Below, in pieces: positions 30,321-38,726 of a stretch of DNA of 61,384 nt; within the stretch, counting starts at the first letter, position 1; each line of letters begins with the position of its first letter. Where the stretch lies: the NCBI GenBank assembly GCA_035997545.1, contig DASYIL010000285.1:1-61384 (forward strand). The letters run 5' to 3'. The position numbers and the translations under genes are program-made. The stretch is from Pseudonocardiaceae bacterium. Lineage in GTDB: Bacteria; Actinomycetota; Actinomycetes; Mycobacteriales; Pseudonocardiaceae. Under the pieces are notes generated by a model. It was not told the DNA's origin. It did no database searches and saw only the letters and a list, made by a program, of their open reading frames with translations.

Positions 30321-30480
30321 CGTGACCTCCGGGTAGACGACATCGTCGTACACCGGAGGTCTCTTCCACCGGAGGACCGGTCGACGGTACCGGGCACCCG
30401 CAGTACTGCGGGAAAACCGTGATGACGACACCGCCGCGAAGGAATACTCCCCTCCACGTACCCGACGAGTCTCCCCCATC
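30321..30480 (-). ncRNA. candidate yybP-ykoY (Mn2+) riboswitch in the TerC leader
   Basis: The leader RNA contains GGGGGAGACUCGUCGGG and GGAGGGGAGUAUUCC, compared with the conserved GGGGAGUAGCGUCGGG. A 3' ...AAGAGACCUCC can pair with the 5' GGAGG as P1. A terminal hairpin ACCUCCGG...CCGGAGGU sequesters the SD. TerC-family genes are classic yybP-ykoY targets. Confidence 0.5.
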
Positions 30481-30601
30481 GCGCTGGCCGGCACCACCCT
30501 GGGGTGGGTAGGAATACCACGTACATTCAGGCCGGTGGTGCGCTGAGAATCCGCTGAGACGGCTGCGGCGCCGCCGCCCGCGCTGACCTACCGTCGGCGG
30601 G

Positions 30602-33367
30602 GTGCCCCGAACGGCCCGGCTGGCGCGGCTTCGCCGGCGACCCTTAGTCGTGCTGCTCGTCGTCGCCCTGCTGGCCGGCGCCGGGGTGGCAGTGGCTATG
30701 ACGATGATCCCTGATCCGCCGCCGGTCACCGCCGAGAACGTCACGATCGACGTACCGGAAGGACCAGGTAGCACCAGCCAGGTGCGCTTGGACGCTACGG
30801 TGTACCGGCCGGCGGCCACCCCCGCTCCGGCCGTGCTGGTGGCACACGGCTTCGGCGGCAGCAAGGACTCGGTCAGTGCCGAGGCCACCGCGCTGGCCCG
30901 CCGCGGGTTCGTCGTGCTCGCCTGGACCGCCCGAGGATTCGGCGCGAGCGGCGGACAGATCGGGCTCAACTCCCCTGACTACGAGGTAGCCGACGCCCGG
31001 GCGCTGGTGGACTGGCTGGCCACGCGGCCCGATGTGGTGCGCGATGCGCCTGGCGATCCACGGGTTGGCGTCACCGGCGGTTCCTACGGCGGTGCGCTGG
31101 CCCTGCTGCTGGCCGGGACCGACCGCCGGGTGGACGCGCTCGCGCCGCAGATCACCTGGAACGACCTGGCCCAGGCACTGTTCCCGAACGCCGCGAGCCG
31201 CCAACCCATCCCAGCCACCACCCCCGCGGCTGGCGCCTTCGCCCCGGACGGGGTGTTCAAGCGGGACTGGGCGGGTTTTTTCTTCGGTGGCGGCCCCGCC
31301 GGATCCGGGCCGTGCGGGCGGTTCCGCCCGGAGGTATGCGCGGCCTACAACCAGGCCGCCACCACCGGCGGTCCCACCCCGGAGATCGTGGCACTGCTGC
31401 GCCGCTCGTCGCCCGCCACGGTGGCCGGCAACATCACCGCACCGACCCTGCTCATCCAGGGCGAACAGGACACGCTGTTCGGGCTGGACCAGGCCGACGC
31501 CACCGCCCGGCAGCTCGCGTCGGCGGGTGCCCCGCTGAAAGTGGTCTGGTATGCGGGCGGGCACGACGGCGGCACACCCGGAACGGCGCTGCGGGAGCAG
31601 ATCGGCGCCTGGTTCGACTACCACCTGCGCCGGATCGGCGCAGATCCTGGAACCGGGTTCGACTACCAGTTGCGGGGACTCTTCGGCACCCGACGAGGCT
31701 TCGCCCAGCGCACCGTCATTGCCCCGGCCTATCCCGGGCTCGACGGTGTCCCGGCCCAGCACCAGTTTCCCGTGCAGCGCCGGGAACTGGCGCTGCACGG
31801 AGAGCCGCAACAAGTGGTCCGCCCGCCCGGCGGCAGCCCAGCCGCGCTGAGCAGCCTGCCCGGGCTCACCAGTGCCTTCGCCGAGAGCGCCAGGGCCCTC
31901 GACGAGGTAACCATGGACCCGCCCGGGCAGGCCGCGACGTTCATCACCGATCCGCTGGCCTACCCGTTGGAGATCGTCGGCGCGCCGCGGGTCCACTTGC
32001 GGGTGGCCGCCGCGCCCGTCGGCACCAACACGCCGCCCAGCGAGGCGGTGCTGTTCGTCAAGCTCTACAACCTCGGACCCGACCAGCGACGCACGCTTCT
32101 CGGCGGTGCGGTGGCCCCGGTGCGGGTCGGCCCACTGCCCACCGACGGCACACCCGTCGAGGTCACCGTGACCCTGGCCGGTGTGGTACGCCCGGTGCAG
32201 GCCGGGCATCAGCTGGAGGTCGCCGTGGCGACGACCGATCGCGGCTACGCGCTGCCCCAGCAAGCCGCTGCGTACATGGTGTCGCTAGCTGGGGACCCCC
32301 GCCTGGCTGTGCCGGTGGTGCCTGGTGAGCAGGCACCCGTCCCGCTTCCGGTCGCCCAGTTGGTCGGGCTGGGTGGGCTGGCCGCGCTGGTGGTGGCTGT
32401 CGGTGTGTTCGCCGCGCTGCGCCGCCGGCACGCTGATAACGCCGATCCGGGGCTGGCCGAGGTGCCGCTGGTGGTGTCGGGGCTGGCCAAGCGCTACCCG
32501 GGCGACATCACCGCCGTCGATGACCTCTCCTTCCGCGTCGAGCACGGGCAGGTGCTGGGTCTGCTCGGGCCCAACGGGGCCGGCAAGACCACCGTGCTGC
32601 GGATGCTGATGGGACTGATCCAGCCGACCGCCGGGGAACTGCGGGCCTTCGGGCACCGGGTGACGGCCGGTTCACCAGTGCTGTCGAGGATCGGGGCGTT
32701 CGTGGAGGGTCCCGGGTTCCTGCCGCATCTGTCCGGGGCGACCAATCTTCGGCTGTACTGGGCGGCCACCGGTCGGCCCGCCGAGGACGCCGGCATCGAG
32801 GAGGCATTGGAGATCGCCGGGTTGGGCCACGCGGTGCGCCGGCGAGTGGCCACTTATAGCCAAGGGATGCGCCAGCGCTTGGCGATCGCGCAGGCCATGC
32901 TCGGAAAGCCGGATTTGCTGGTGCTCGACGAGCCGACCAACGGCCTGGACCCCCCGCAGATCCACGCCATGCGCGAGGTGCTCCGGGACTACGCCGCGGG
33001 AGGCCGGACGGTGCTCGTGTCCAGCCACCTGCTCGCCGAGGTCGAGCAGACCTGCAGCCACGTGGTGGTGATGCACCGGGGCCGGCTGGTCGCCGCCGGC
33101 ACCGTCGCCGAGATCGTCGCGGGCACCGGCACGGTCAGCTTCACCGTGGACGACCCGGCGCAAGCCGCGGCGGTGCTGCGCGACCTGTCGGGTGTCGACG
33201 TGATGGGGGTCGAGCGTGACATCGTGCACGCCCAGCTCGACGGGACGCCCCGCGCGGCCGCAGTGTCCGCGCTGGTCGGGGCCGGGATCGGGGTCGAAGG
33301 GGTGGCCGCGCGCCACCAGCTGGAGGAGGCGTTCCTACAGCTGGTGGGAGAGGAGGATGTCGAGTGA
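30602..33367 (+). CDS. fusion protein: TM anchor + S15/CocE-NonD alpha/beta hydrolase + TM + ABC transporter ATP-binding domain
   Basis: N-terminal TM segment LVVLLVVALLAGAGVAVAM and the hydrolase nucleophile elbow GVTGGSYGG. Further hydrolase motifs are QGEQDTLF and YAGGHDGG. A second TM segment LVGLGGLAALVVAVGVFAAL is followed by Walker A GPNGAGKTT, signature YSQGMRQR and Walker B LLVLDEP. Confidence 0.85.
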   Translation: MPRTARLARLRRRPLVVLLVVALLAGAGVAVAMTMIPDPPPVTAENVTIDVPEGPGSTSQVRLDATVYRPAATPAPAVLVAHGFGGSKDSVSAEATALARRGFVVLAWTARGFGASGGQIGLNSPDYEVADARALVDWLATRPDVVRDAPGDPRVGVTGGSYGGALALLLAGTDRRVDALAPQITWNDLAQALFPNAASRQPIPATTPAAGAFAPDGVFKRDWAGFFFGGGPAGSGPCGRFRPEVCAAYNQAATTGGPTPEIVALLRRSSPATVAGNITAPTLLIQGEQDTLFGLDQADATARQLASAGAPLKVVWYAGGHDGGTPGTALREQIGAWFDYHLRRIGADPGTGFDYQLRGLFGTRRGFAQRTVIAPAYPGLDGVPAQHQFPVQRRELALHGEPQQVVRPPGGSPAALSSLPGLTSAFAESARALDEVTMDPPGQAATFITDPLAYPLEIVGAPRVHLRVAAAPVGTNTPPSEAVLFVKLYNLGPDQRRTLLGGAVAPVRVGPLPTDGTPVEVTVTLAGVVRPVQAGHQLEVAVATTDRGYALPQQAAAYMVSLAGDPRLAVPVVPGEQAPVPLPVAQLVGLGGLAALVVAVGVFAALRRRHADNADPGLAEVPLVVSGLAKRYPGDITAVDDLSFRVEHGQVLGLLGPNGAGKTTVLRMLMGLIQPTAGELRAFGHRVTAGSPVLSRIGAFVEGPGFLPHLSGATNLRLYWAATGRPAEDAGIEEALEIAGLGHAVRRRVATYSQGMRQRLAIAQAMLGKPDLLVLDEPTNGLDPPQIHAMREVLRDYAAGGRTVLVSSHLLAEVEQTCSHVVVMHRGRLVAAGTVAEIVAGTGTVSFTVDDPAQAAAVLRDLSGVDVMGVERDIVHAQLDGTPRAAAVSALVGAGIGVEGVAARHQLEEAFLQLVGEEDVE

Positions 33368-34227
33368 CCCCCGACGTGCACACTGCCCAGGGGTCGGTGC
33401 CCGGCTACCGGGCCGGGGCGACCTTGCCGCTACGGGTGGAGCTGGTGCGCCAGCTGCGGCGCCGGCGGACCGTGCTCACCCTGGGTTTCCTGGTGCTGTT
33501 GCCGTTCCTGCTCTGGCTCGCCTTCGAGATCGGGCGGGACGACCGCAACCGTGGCAGCGCCACGCTGGTTGACCTCGCCACCGCCAGCGGGGCCAACTTC
33601 GTGGTGTTCACGATGTTCTCCGCGGTGAGCTTCCTGCTGGTCGTGGTGGTGGCGCTGTTCTTCGGCGACACGGTGGCCAGCGAGGCGTCCTGGTCGAGCC
33701 TGCGCTACCTGCTGGCCGCCCCGGTGCCCCGCGGGCGGCTGCTGCGACAGAAGGCGGTGGTGGCCGCGGTGCTGTCGGTGATCGCCCTGGTGCTGCTGCC
33801 CGCGGTAGCGATGGCGGTCGGCGTGGTCGCCTACGGGGCAGACGCCCTGATCTCCCCCACCGGCCAATCGCTGGACTTCCTGCCCGCCGCGAGCCGGCTG
33901 GCGCTGGCCCCGGCATACCTGGTGTTGCACCTGGCGTGGGTCGCCGGACTGGCGCTGCTGCTCTCAGTGAGCACCGACGCGCCGCTGGGGGCTGTCGGCG
34001 GCGCGGTGATGGTATCGATCCTGTCCCAGATCCTGGAGACCATCGACGCGCTCGGCAGCCTGCGGAACTACCTGCCCACCCGGTTCAGTTCCGCGTGGGC
34101 CGACCTGCTGGCTTCCCCCATCGACTGGAGCCACCTGGCCAGCGGAGCGTTCTCCGGCCTGGCCTACGCGACGGTCTTCGGACTTGCGGCTTGGTGGCGG
34201 TTTGCCACCAAGGACATCACCAGCTGA
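33364..34227 (+). CDS. ABC-2 type transporter permease
   Basis: 287 aa with multiple TM segments. The GTG start overlaps the upstream stop (GTGA), implying translational coupling to the fused ATPase. Confidence 0.8.
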   Translation: MTPDVHTAQGSVPGYRAGATLPLRVELVRQLRRRRTVLTLGFLVLLPFLLWLAFEIGRDDRNRGSATLVDLATASGANFVVFTMFSAVSFLLVVVVALFFGDTVASEASWSSLRYLLAAPVPRGRLLRQKAVVAAVLSVIALVLLPAVAMAVGVVAYGADALISPTGQSLDFLPAASRLALAPAYLVLHLAWVAGLALLLSVSTDAPLGAVGGAVMVSILSQILETIDALGSLRNYLPTRFSSAWADLLASPIDWSHLASGAFSGLAYATVFGLAAWWRFATKDITS

Positions 34228-34364
34228 TCGGGCAATGTGCGCCGCCGTTGGCTGCGCCGTTCATGTACGCGGCGTCCCGCGTAAGGGCTCGGGCACCCTC
34301 GACGTTCACCTTGTGCGGTTGCGATGACGCACAGCTCACCGCCCCAGCTGAAGAGGAGAACACG

Positions 34365-35513
34365 ATGGTCACCCGCCGCACTGCCCTGGTGGGCATGACG
34401 GCTACCACGCTCGCTGGGTCACTCAGTGGCAGCATCGGCGGCATGACAGCCCTGGCTCAATCACCGTCACCCGGCGACGACAGGAATCGACGGGGCCCAA
34501 TCGTCATCGGCCACCGCGGCGCCTCCGGTTACCGGCCGGAGCACACCCTGGCCTCCTACGAGCTAGCCGCGCGGCTGGGCGCGGACTTCATCGAGCCCGA
34601 CCTAGTGGTGACCAAGGACGGCGTGTTGGTCTGCCGGCACGAGCCGGTGATCGACGATACAACCGACGTTGCCAGTCACCCCGAGTTCGCCGCCCGGAGG
34701 ACGACCAAGACGCTGGACGGCGTCGTCGTCACGGGGTGGTTCACCGAGGACTTCACCCTCGCAGAGCTCAAGACGTTGCGAGCAGTGGAACGGCTACCGC
34801 AGATCCGCCAGCACAACACCCTGTACAACGGGCGGTACGAGATCCCGACGTTCCAGGAGGTGCTGGACCTCCGGGCTCGGCTGTCCGATGAGCTGCGTCG
34901 GACGTTGGGCGTCTACCCGGAGACCAAGCACCCCACGTTTTTCAAGAACGCCCGCCTGCCGCTGGAGCCTCGGTTGATTGAGATCCTGCGGAGCAATCAA
35001 CTCAACCAGCCGGACGCCCCGGTGTTCGTGCAGTCTTTCGAGGTGACCAACCTGAAGCAGCTGCGCGACGCCGGCCTGCAGACGAGGTCGGTACAGCTGC
35101 TGTCGGCCACCGGCGCGCCATTCGACACCACGGCTGCCGGCCGCACTAGCCCGACCTACGCCGAGCTGATCACCCCCGGCGGCCTGCGCGGCATCGCGCG
35201 CTACGCCCAGGGGATCGGGCCGGAGAAGCAGCAGGTCATCCCACGCAAGGCCGACGACACGCTCGGCTCACCTACCACGCTGGTGACCGACGCACATAGC
35301 GCTGGCCTGGTCGTGCATCCCTACACCTTCCGGGCCGAGAACAACTTCCTGCCGGCCGACTTCCGGACATCTGCCGTGCCGTCCGACTTCGGGCGGGCGA
35401 TCGACGAGCAGGTCACCTACCTTCGGGTCGGGATCGACGGTGTGTTCGCCGACCACCCCGACATCGGCGTCGTTGCCCGCGCCGAGTTCCTCGCCACAGC
35501 GCCAGCCGAGTAA
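34365..35513 (+). CDS. glpQ: glycerophosphodiester phosphodiesterase (secreted, Tat-like signal)
   Basis: MVTRRTALVGMTATTLAG... then ...IGHRGASGYRPEHTLASYELA...GADFIEPDLV... The ATG at 34365 is preceded by GAAGAGGAG. The upstream ORF extension overlaps the permease and is rejected. Confidence 0.9.
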   Translation: MVTRRTALVGMTATTLAGSLSGSIGGMTALAQSPSPGDDRNRRGPIVIGHRGASGYRPEHTLASYELAARLGADFIEPDLVVTKDGVLVCRHEPVIDDTTDVASHPEFAARRTTKTLDGVVVTGWFTEDFTLAELKTLRAVERLPQIRQHNTLYNGRYEIPTFQEVLDLRARLSDELRRTLGVYPETKHPTFFKNARLPLEPRLIEILRSNQLNQPDAPVFVQSFEVTNLKQLRDAGLQTRSVQLLSATGAPFDTTAAGRTSPTYAELITPGGLRGIARYAQGIGPEKQQVIPRKADDTLGSPTTLVTDAHSAGLVVHPYTFRAENNFLPADFRTSAVPSDFGRAIDEQVTYLRVGIDGVFADHPDIGVVARAEFLATAPAE

Positions 35514-35557
35514 CTGCGACGAGTAGGCCCGGATAAGTAGTCCCAGGACTGTCTTGA

Positions 35558-35758
35558 TCAGCCGAACTCGTTGGCACGGAGGGCGGTGGTGAAGGCGGTC
35601 CAGGTGGGTGGGGGGACGATCAGGGTGCCGCCGGTGGGGCGCTTGGAGTCGCGCACCGCGACGGCGCCGACGGCGACGGCCACCTCGACGCAGTTAGACG
35701 TATCGGTGCTGCGGCTGCTCTTTCGCCAGCGGGCGCCGCTCAGGTTCAACGAAGGCAT
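35558..35758 (-). CDS. DUF397 domain protein
   Basis: ...ARWRKSSRSTDTSNCVEVA...VAVRDSK... is the typical DUF397 signature. It is SD-preceded and sits downstream of the XRE gene. Confidence 0.85.
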   Translation of the reverse strand: MPSLNLSGARWRKSSRSTDTSNCVEVAVAVGAVAVRDSKRPTGGTLIVPPPTWTAFTTALRANEFG

Positions 35759-35804
35759 CCCGCGCTCCTCTCCAGTGTTCGTGCGGCCCACGCGGCCCGC
35801 CAGG

Positions 35805-36653
35805 TCAGCTGAGTTCGGCGGCGATCTGGGCGATCAGCTCAGCCGTTGCAGCGGGTGCAAGGGCTGCGTTCAGGATATTCCCCAGTGCCAGCCGGTAGGC
35901 GGCCAGATCGGCCTCTTCCTCCAGGAAAAGCCCGGTGCTCTGGTTCTCCACGTGGACGAGCGCTGGCTCCTCGGCGAACTCCAGGATCACGAACGGCCCG
36001 CGCAGCCCGGCATGCGCCCCAGCCGCGAGCGGCACCACCCGTACCGTCACGTGGGGTTGCTCCGCCGCACCGAGCAGATGCTGTAGTTGCCGGTGCATCA
36101 CCCCGGGCTCGCCGACTGGGCGGCGCAGTGCGCCCTCGTCGACCACCGCGAAGAACTGTGGCGCGCTGGCCCTGGCCAGCAGCGCTTGGCGGGCCATCCG
36201 GGCGGCCACCAGGTTGTCCAGTTCGGCCTCGGAGACGGTGGGGGCGACGCCCTGAATGATGGCTCGCGCGTACTCGGCGGTCTGTAACAGCCCAGGCACC
36301 ACCAAGCCCTCGTAGTTCTGTACTCGGGTGGCCTTGGCTTCGAAGTCGATCAGGCTGCGCCACAGCTGGGGCAACCCGGGTTGGCGGGTCCACCAGCCGC
36401 GTTCCTCGGAGCGGCGGATGAGGTCGAGCAACTCGTCGCGGGTGGACGCGGGCACCTGATAGAGGCCCAGCAGCGCGGCCACGTCCTCGATCTGCAAGCC
36501 GCTGTTGCCGGTCTCAATCCGGCTGATCTTGCTGGGCGACATGCCCAGGCGCTTGGCCACCTCCGCGCCGGACAGCCCCGCCTGTTCCCGCAACGTGCGC
36601 AGCTCGGCGGCGGCCTGGCGGGACCGGATCGAGGTGTGCGGGTTACCGGCCAT
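35805..36653 (-). CDS. XRE-family HTH regulator with DUF5753-like C-terminal domain (WhiJ/Scr1-like)
   Basis: ...LRTLREQAGLSGAEVAKRLGMSPSKISRIETGNSGLQIEDVAALLGLY... This matches the architecture normally paired with DUF397. Confidence 0.85.
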   Translation of the reverse strand: MAGNPHTSIRSRQAAAELRTLREQAGLSGAEVAKRLGMSPSKISRIETGNSGLQIEDVAALLGLYQVPASTRDELLDLIRRSEERGWWTRQPGLPQLWRSLIDFEAKATRVQNYEGLVVPGLLQTAEYARAIIQGVAPTVSEAELDNLVAARMARQALLARASAPQFFAVVDEGALRRPVGEPGVMHRQLQHLLGAAEQPHVTVRVVPLAAGAHAGLRGPFVILEFAEEPALVHVENQSTGLFLEEEADLAAYRLALGNILNAALAPAATAELIAQIAAELS

Positions 36654-36810
36654 ACTGGGTGCCTCCGCTTCGTGTCCGAGCGCCCACTATGCACCGTCGA
36701 CTCCAGTGATCCAATCACTCGATCTGGTCATTGCTTGCAGCACCTGCAATGTTCGACGGTTCCAGGTATGGACCGTGAAGAGTGCTCCAGTAGAAATCGA
36801 GCGCAAGATC

Positions 36811-37023
36811 ATGAGCGAGGCCGTGGTCGAGAAGACGTGGGAGGTTCCGGCGTACGGCGGCAAGGGGCCGGTCACCGTCACCCTGCGGATGCCCGACGTG
36901 ACAATCACCGACTCGCAGGGCAGGCACATCGTGATCTCACCCGAGCAGGCCGACATCGTGAGCTCCAAGATGAGCGACATCGCCTACTGGTTCGAGGACA
37001 TCAAGGACGCCGCGGGCGACTGA
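36811..37023 (+). CDS. small hypothetical protein (70 aa), divergent from the XRE gene
   Basis: MSEAVVEKTWEVPAYGGKGPVTVTLRMPDVTITDSQGRHIVISPEQADIVSSKMSDIAYWFEDIKDAAGD. No recognisable family, the composition is plausibly coding, and the start is uncertain. Confidence 0.4.
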   Translation: MSEAVVEKTWEVPAYGGKGPVTVTLRMPDVTITDSQGRHIVISPEQADIVSSKMSDIAYWFEDIKDAAGD

Positions 37024-37108
37024 GCGGGCGCACATACTCGGAGGCGGCTCCACTCCGCGGCTAGGCTCGGCAAATGGAACCTTATGCACCTGTCAGCCCG
37101 CGCGGAGA

Positions 37109-37516
37109 TCAGGCGCTGACGGTGACTGCGAGTTCGGTGAGAAGCCGGCGGACGCGTCGTTCGATCTTGTCGCGGATCGGTCGCACGCTCTCGACGTCGA
37201 GGCCGGCGGGGTCGTCGAGAAGCCATTCTTCGTAGCGGCGGCCGGGGAACACTGGGCAGGCGTCGCCGCAGCCCATGCTGATGATGACATCGGCGGCACG
37301 GACGACCTCATCGGTCCAGGGCTTGGGATGCTGCTGTGAGATATCGATCCCTCGCTCGCGCATGGCCTCGACCGCGGCCGGGTTGATGCTGCTTGCCGGT
37401 TCGGAGCCGCCCGACCACACGACGGCCTGGTCGCCGGCCAGGTGCCGGAAGAACCCCATGGCCATCTGCGAGCGGCCTGCGTTGTGGGTGCACAGGAACA
37501 GGACAGTGGGGGTCAT
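37109..37516 (-). CDS. arsC: arsenate reductase (LMW-PTPase family)
   Basis: MTPTVLFLCTHNAGRSQMA... (CX5R P-loop) and ...MGCGDACP... The ATG overlaps the upstream stop (ATGA). Confidence 0.9.
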   Translation of the reverse strand: MTPTVLFLCTHNAGRSQMAMGFFRHLAGDQAVVWSGGSEPASSINPAAVEAMRERGIDISQQHPKPWTDEVVRAADVIISMGCGDACPVFPGRRYEEWLLDDPAGLDVESVRPIRDKIERRVRRLLTELAVTVSA

Positions 37517-38286
37517 CGCGGTCTCCGTGGTGGGTCCAGAATCGGCAGTGCCGGATGCGCGGGGACGACCACGGCGGCTGCGGCGCAGGGTGCGTTGGGA
37601 TAGAGGACGAGCACCAGGCCGACGCCCACTAGCCCGCCGACCAGTTGGGCGGCGATGAATCCGGGTGCCGAGCCGGGGGCGATGCCGGCGAAGGTATCGC
37701 TGAACATCCGCCCGATGGTGACGGCGGGGTTGGCGAAGGAGGTGGAGGAGGTAAACCAGTAAGCGGCACCGATCCAACCGGCGACGGCGGCAGCCGACAG
37801 CGCGGCCCGGCCGGTACGAGCCAACGCGAAGATCACGGCGATCAAACCGATGGTCGCGACCAGCTCACCGACCCACAGTCCGACACCGCTGCGCGGCTTG
37901 TGTGAGATCTCGACCGCAGCCAAGCTGAACATCACGTTGGCCAGCACCGCCCCGGCCACCGCGCCGACGATCTGCGCCGCGGTGTAGGCCCAGACATCGC
38001 GGCCGGACAAGCCCGTATGGGTGCGGCGGCCCAGTAGCCAGTCGGCCGCTGACACGACGGGGTTGAAGTGCGCACCAGACACCGGGCCGAACAGCAGGAT
38101 CAGCACCGCCAACCCGAACACGGTGGCCGTGGAGTTCTGCAGCAGTTGCAGCCCGACCTGGCCCGGGGAGAGCTGTTGTGCGGCGATGCCCGAGCCCACC
38201 ACGATCGCGACCAGCGCCGCGGTACCGACCAACTCGGCCAGCAGCCGCCGCGCCAGACCCGGTGGGGTTGACAAAGCAGGCGTCAT
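37513..38286 (-). CDS. MIP-family channel (aquaglyceroporin, AqpS-like candidate arsenite channel)
   Basis: Two half-helix motifs, HFNPVV and FANPAV, and six hydrophobic segments. It is sandwiched between arsR and arsC with ATGA overlaps on both sides. Confidence 0.85.
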   Translation of the reverse strand: MTPALSTPPGLARRLLAELVGTAALVAIVVGSGIAAQQLSPGQVGLQLLQNSTATVFGLAVLILLFGPVSGAHFNPVVSAADWLLGRRTHTGLSGRDVWAYTAAQIVGAVAGAVLANVMFSLAAVEISHKPRSGVGLWVGELVATIGLIAVIFALARTGRAALSAAAVAGWIGAAYWFTSSTSFANPAVTIGRMFSDTFAGIAPGSAPGFIAAQLVGGLVGVGLVLVLYPNAPCAAAAVVVPAHPALPILDPPRRPR

Positions 38287-38639
38287 GCCGGCACCCGAGT
38301 GGGCAGCAACGCCTCCGACAGTGCCCGCAGGGCCTCCGGTAGCACCCGGTAGTAGATCCACGTGCCACGGCGGTCGCCCTCGATCAAACCGGTCTCGCGC
38401 AGCACCTTGAGGTGGTGGCTGATCGTCGGTCCGGAAACCTCGAAACCTACCGTCAGCTCACACACGCAGGCCTCGCCGCCCTCATGGGAGGCGATCAGGC
38501 TCAACAGCCGAAGCCGTACCGGGTCACCGAGGGCCTTGAACCGACGAGACAGCTCCCCCGCCTCCTCGGCGGTGAGCGGGTCAGCGGTCAGCGGCACGCA
38601 GCACTGCGCCAGCGTCACCACGGTGTCCTGTCTCGACAT
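38283..38639 (-). CDS. arsR: ArsR-family metalloregulator
   Basis: ...LGDPVRLRLLSLIA...ACVCELT...PTISHHLKVLRETGLI... plus an N-terminal Cys pair (AQCCVP). Confidence 0.9.
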   Translation of the reverse strand: MSRQDTVVTLAQCCVPLTADPLTAEEAGELSRRFKALGDPVRLRLLSLIASHEGGEACVCELTVGFEVSGPTISHHLKVLRETGLIEGDRRGTWIYYRVLPEALRALSEALLPTRVPA

Positions 38640-38726
38640 GTTTCTATATTGACGAACTTCAAACTAAGTCGCAAGCTATTACTTGACGTCTATCGAAACA
38701 TCATCGATCTTGGGGAGGGTGCAGCG
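38640..38726. promoter_or_regulatory. AT-rich divergent arsR/arsM control region with inverted repeat
   Basis: ATCGA-N7-TCGAT at 38692-38708. TTGACG occurs twice (38649-38654 and 38683-38688). This is the most AT-rich stretch of this part of the window. Confidence 0.4.

Noticed and set aside
30644-32263. 539-aa minus-strand ORF opposite the hydrolase::ABC fusion. Similar long antisense or out-of-frame ORFs include 4213..5688, 8390..9562, 38748..39890, 39556..40659, 42547..43572, 43582..44769, 47403..48446, 49323..50441, 52352..53626 and 56014..56925.
   Set aside because: Each overlaps a gene with clear family signatures. Their translations are compositionally biased (R/G/P/A) with no recognisable motifs. 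They are GC-driven open frames, not genes.
33936-34364. N-terminal 143 codons of the 525-aa ORF containing glpQ.
   Set aside because: It overlaps the ABC-2 permease in another frame and is Arg/Gly-rich. A Tat-like signal peptide with a good SD begins at the ATG at 34365.
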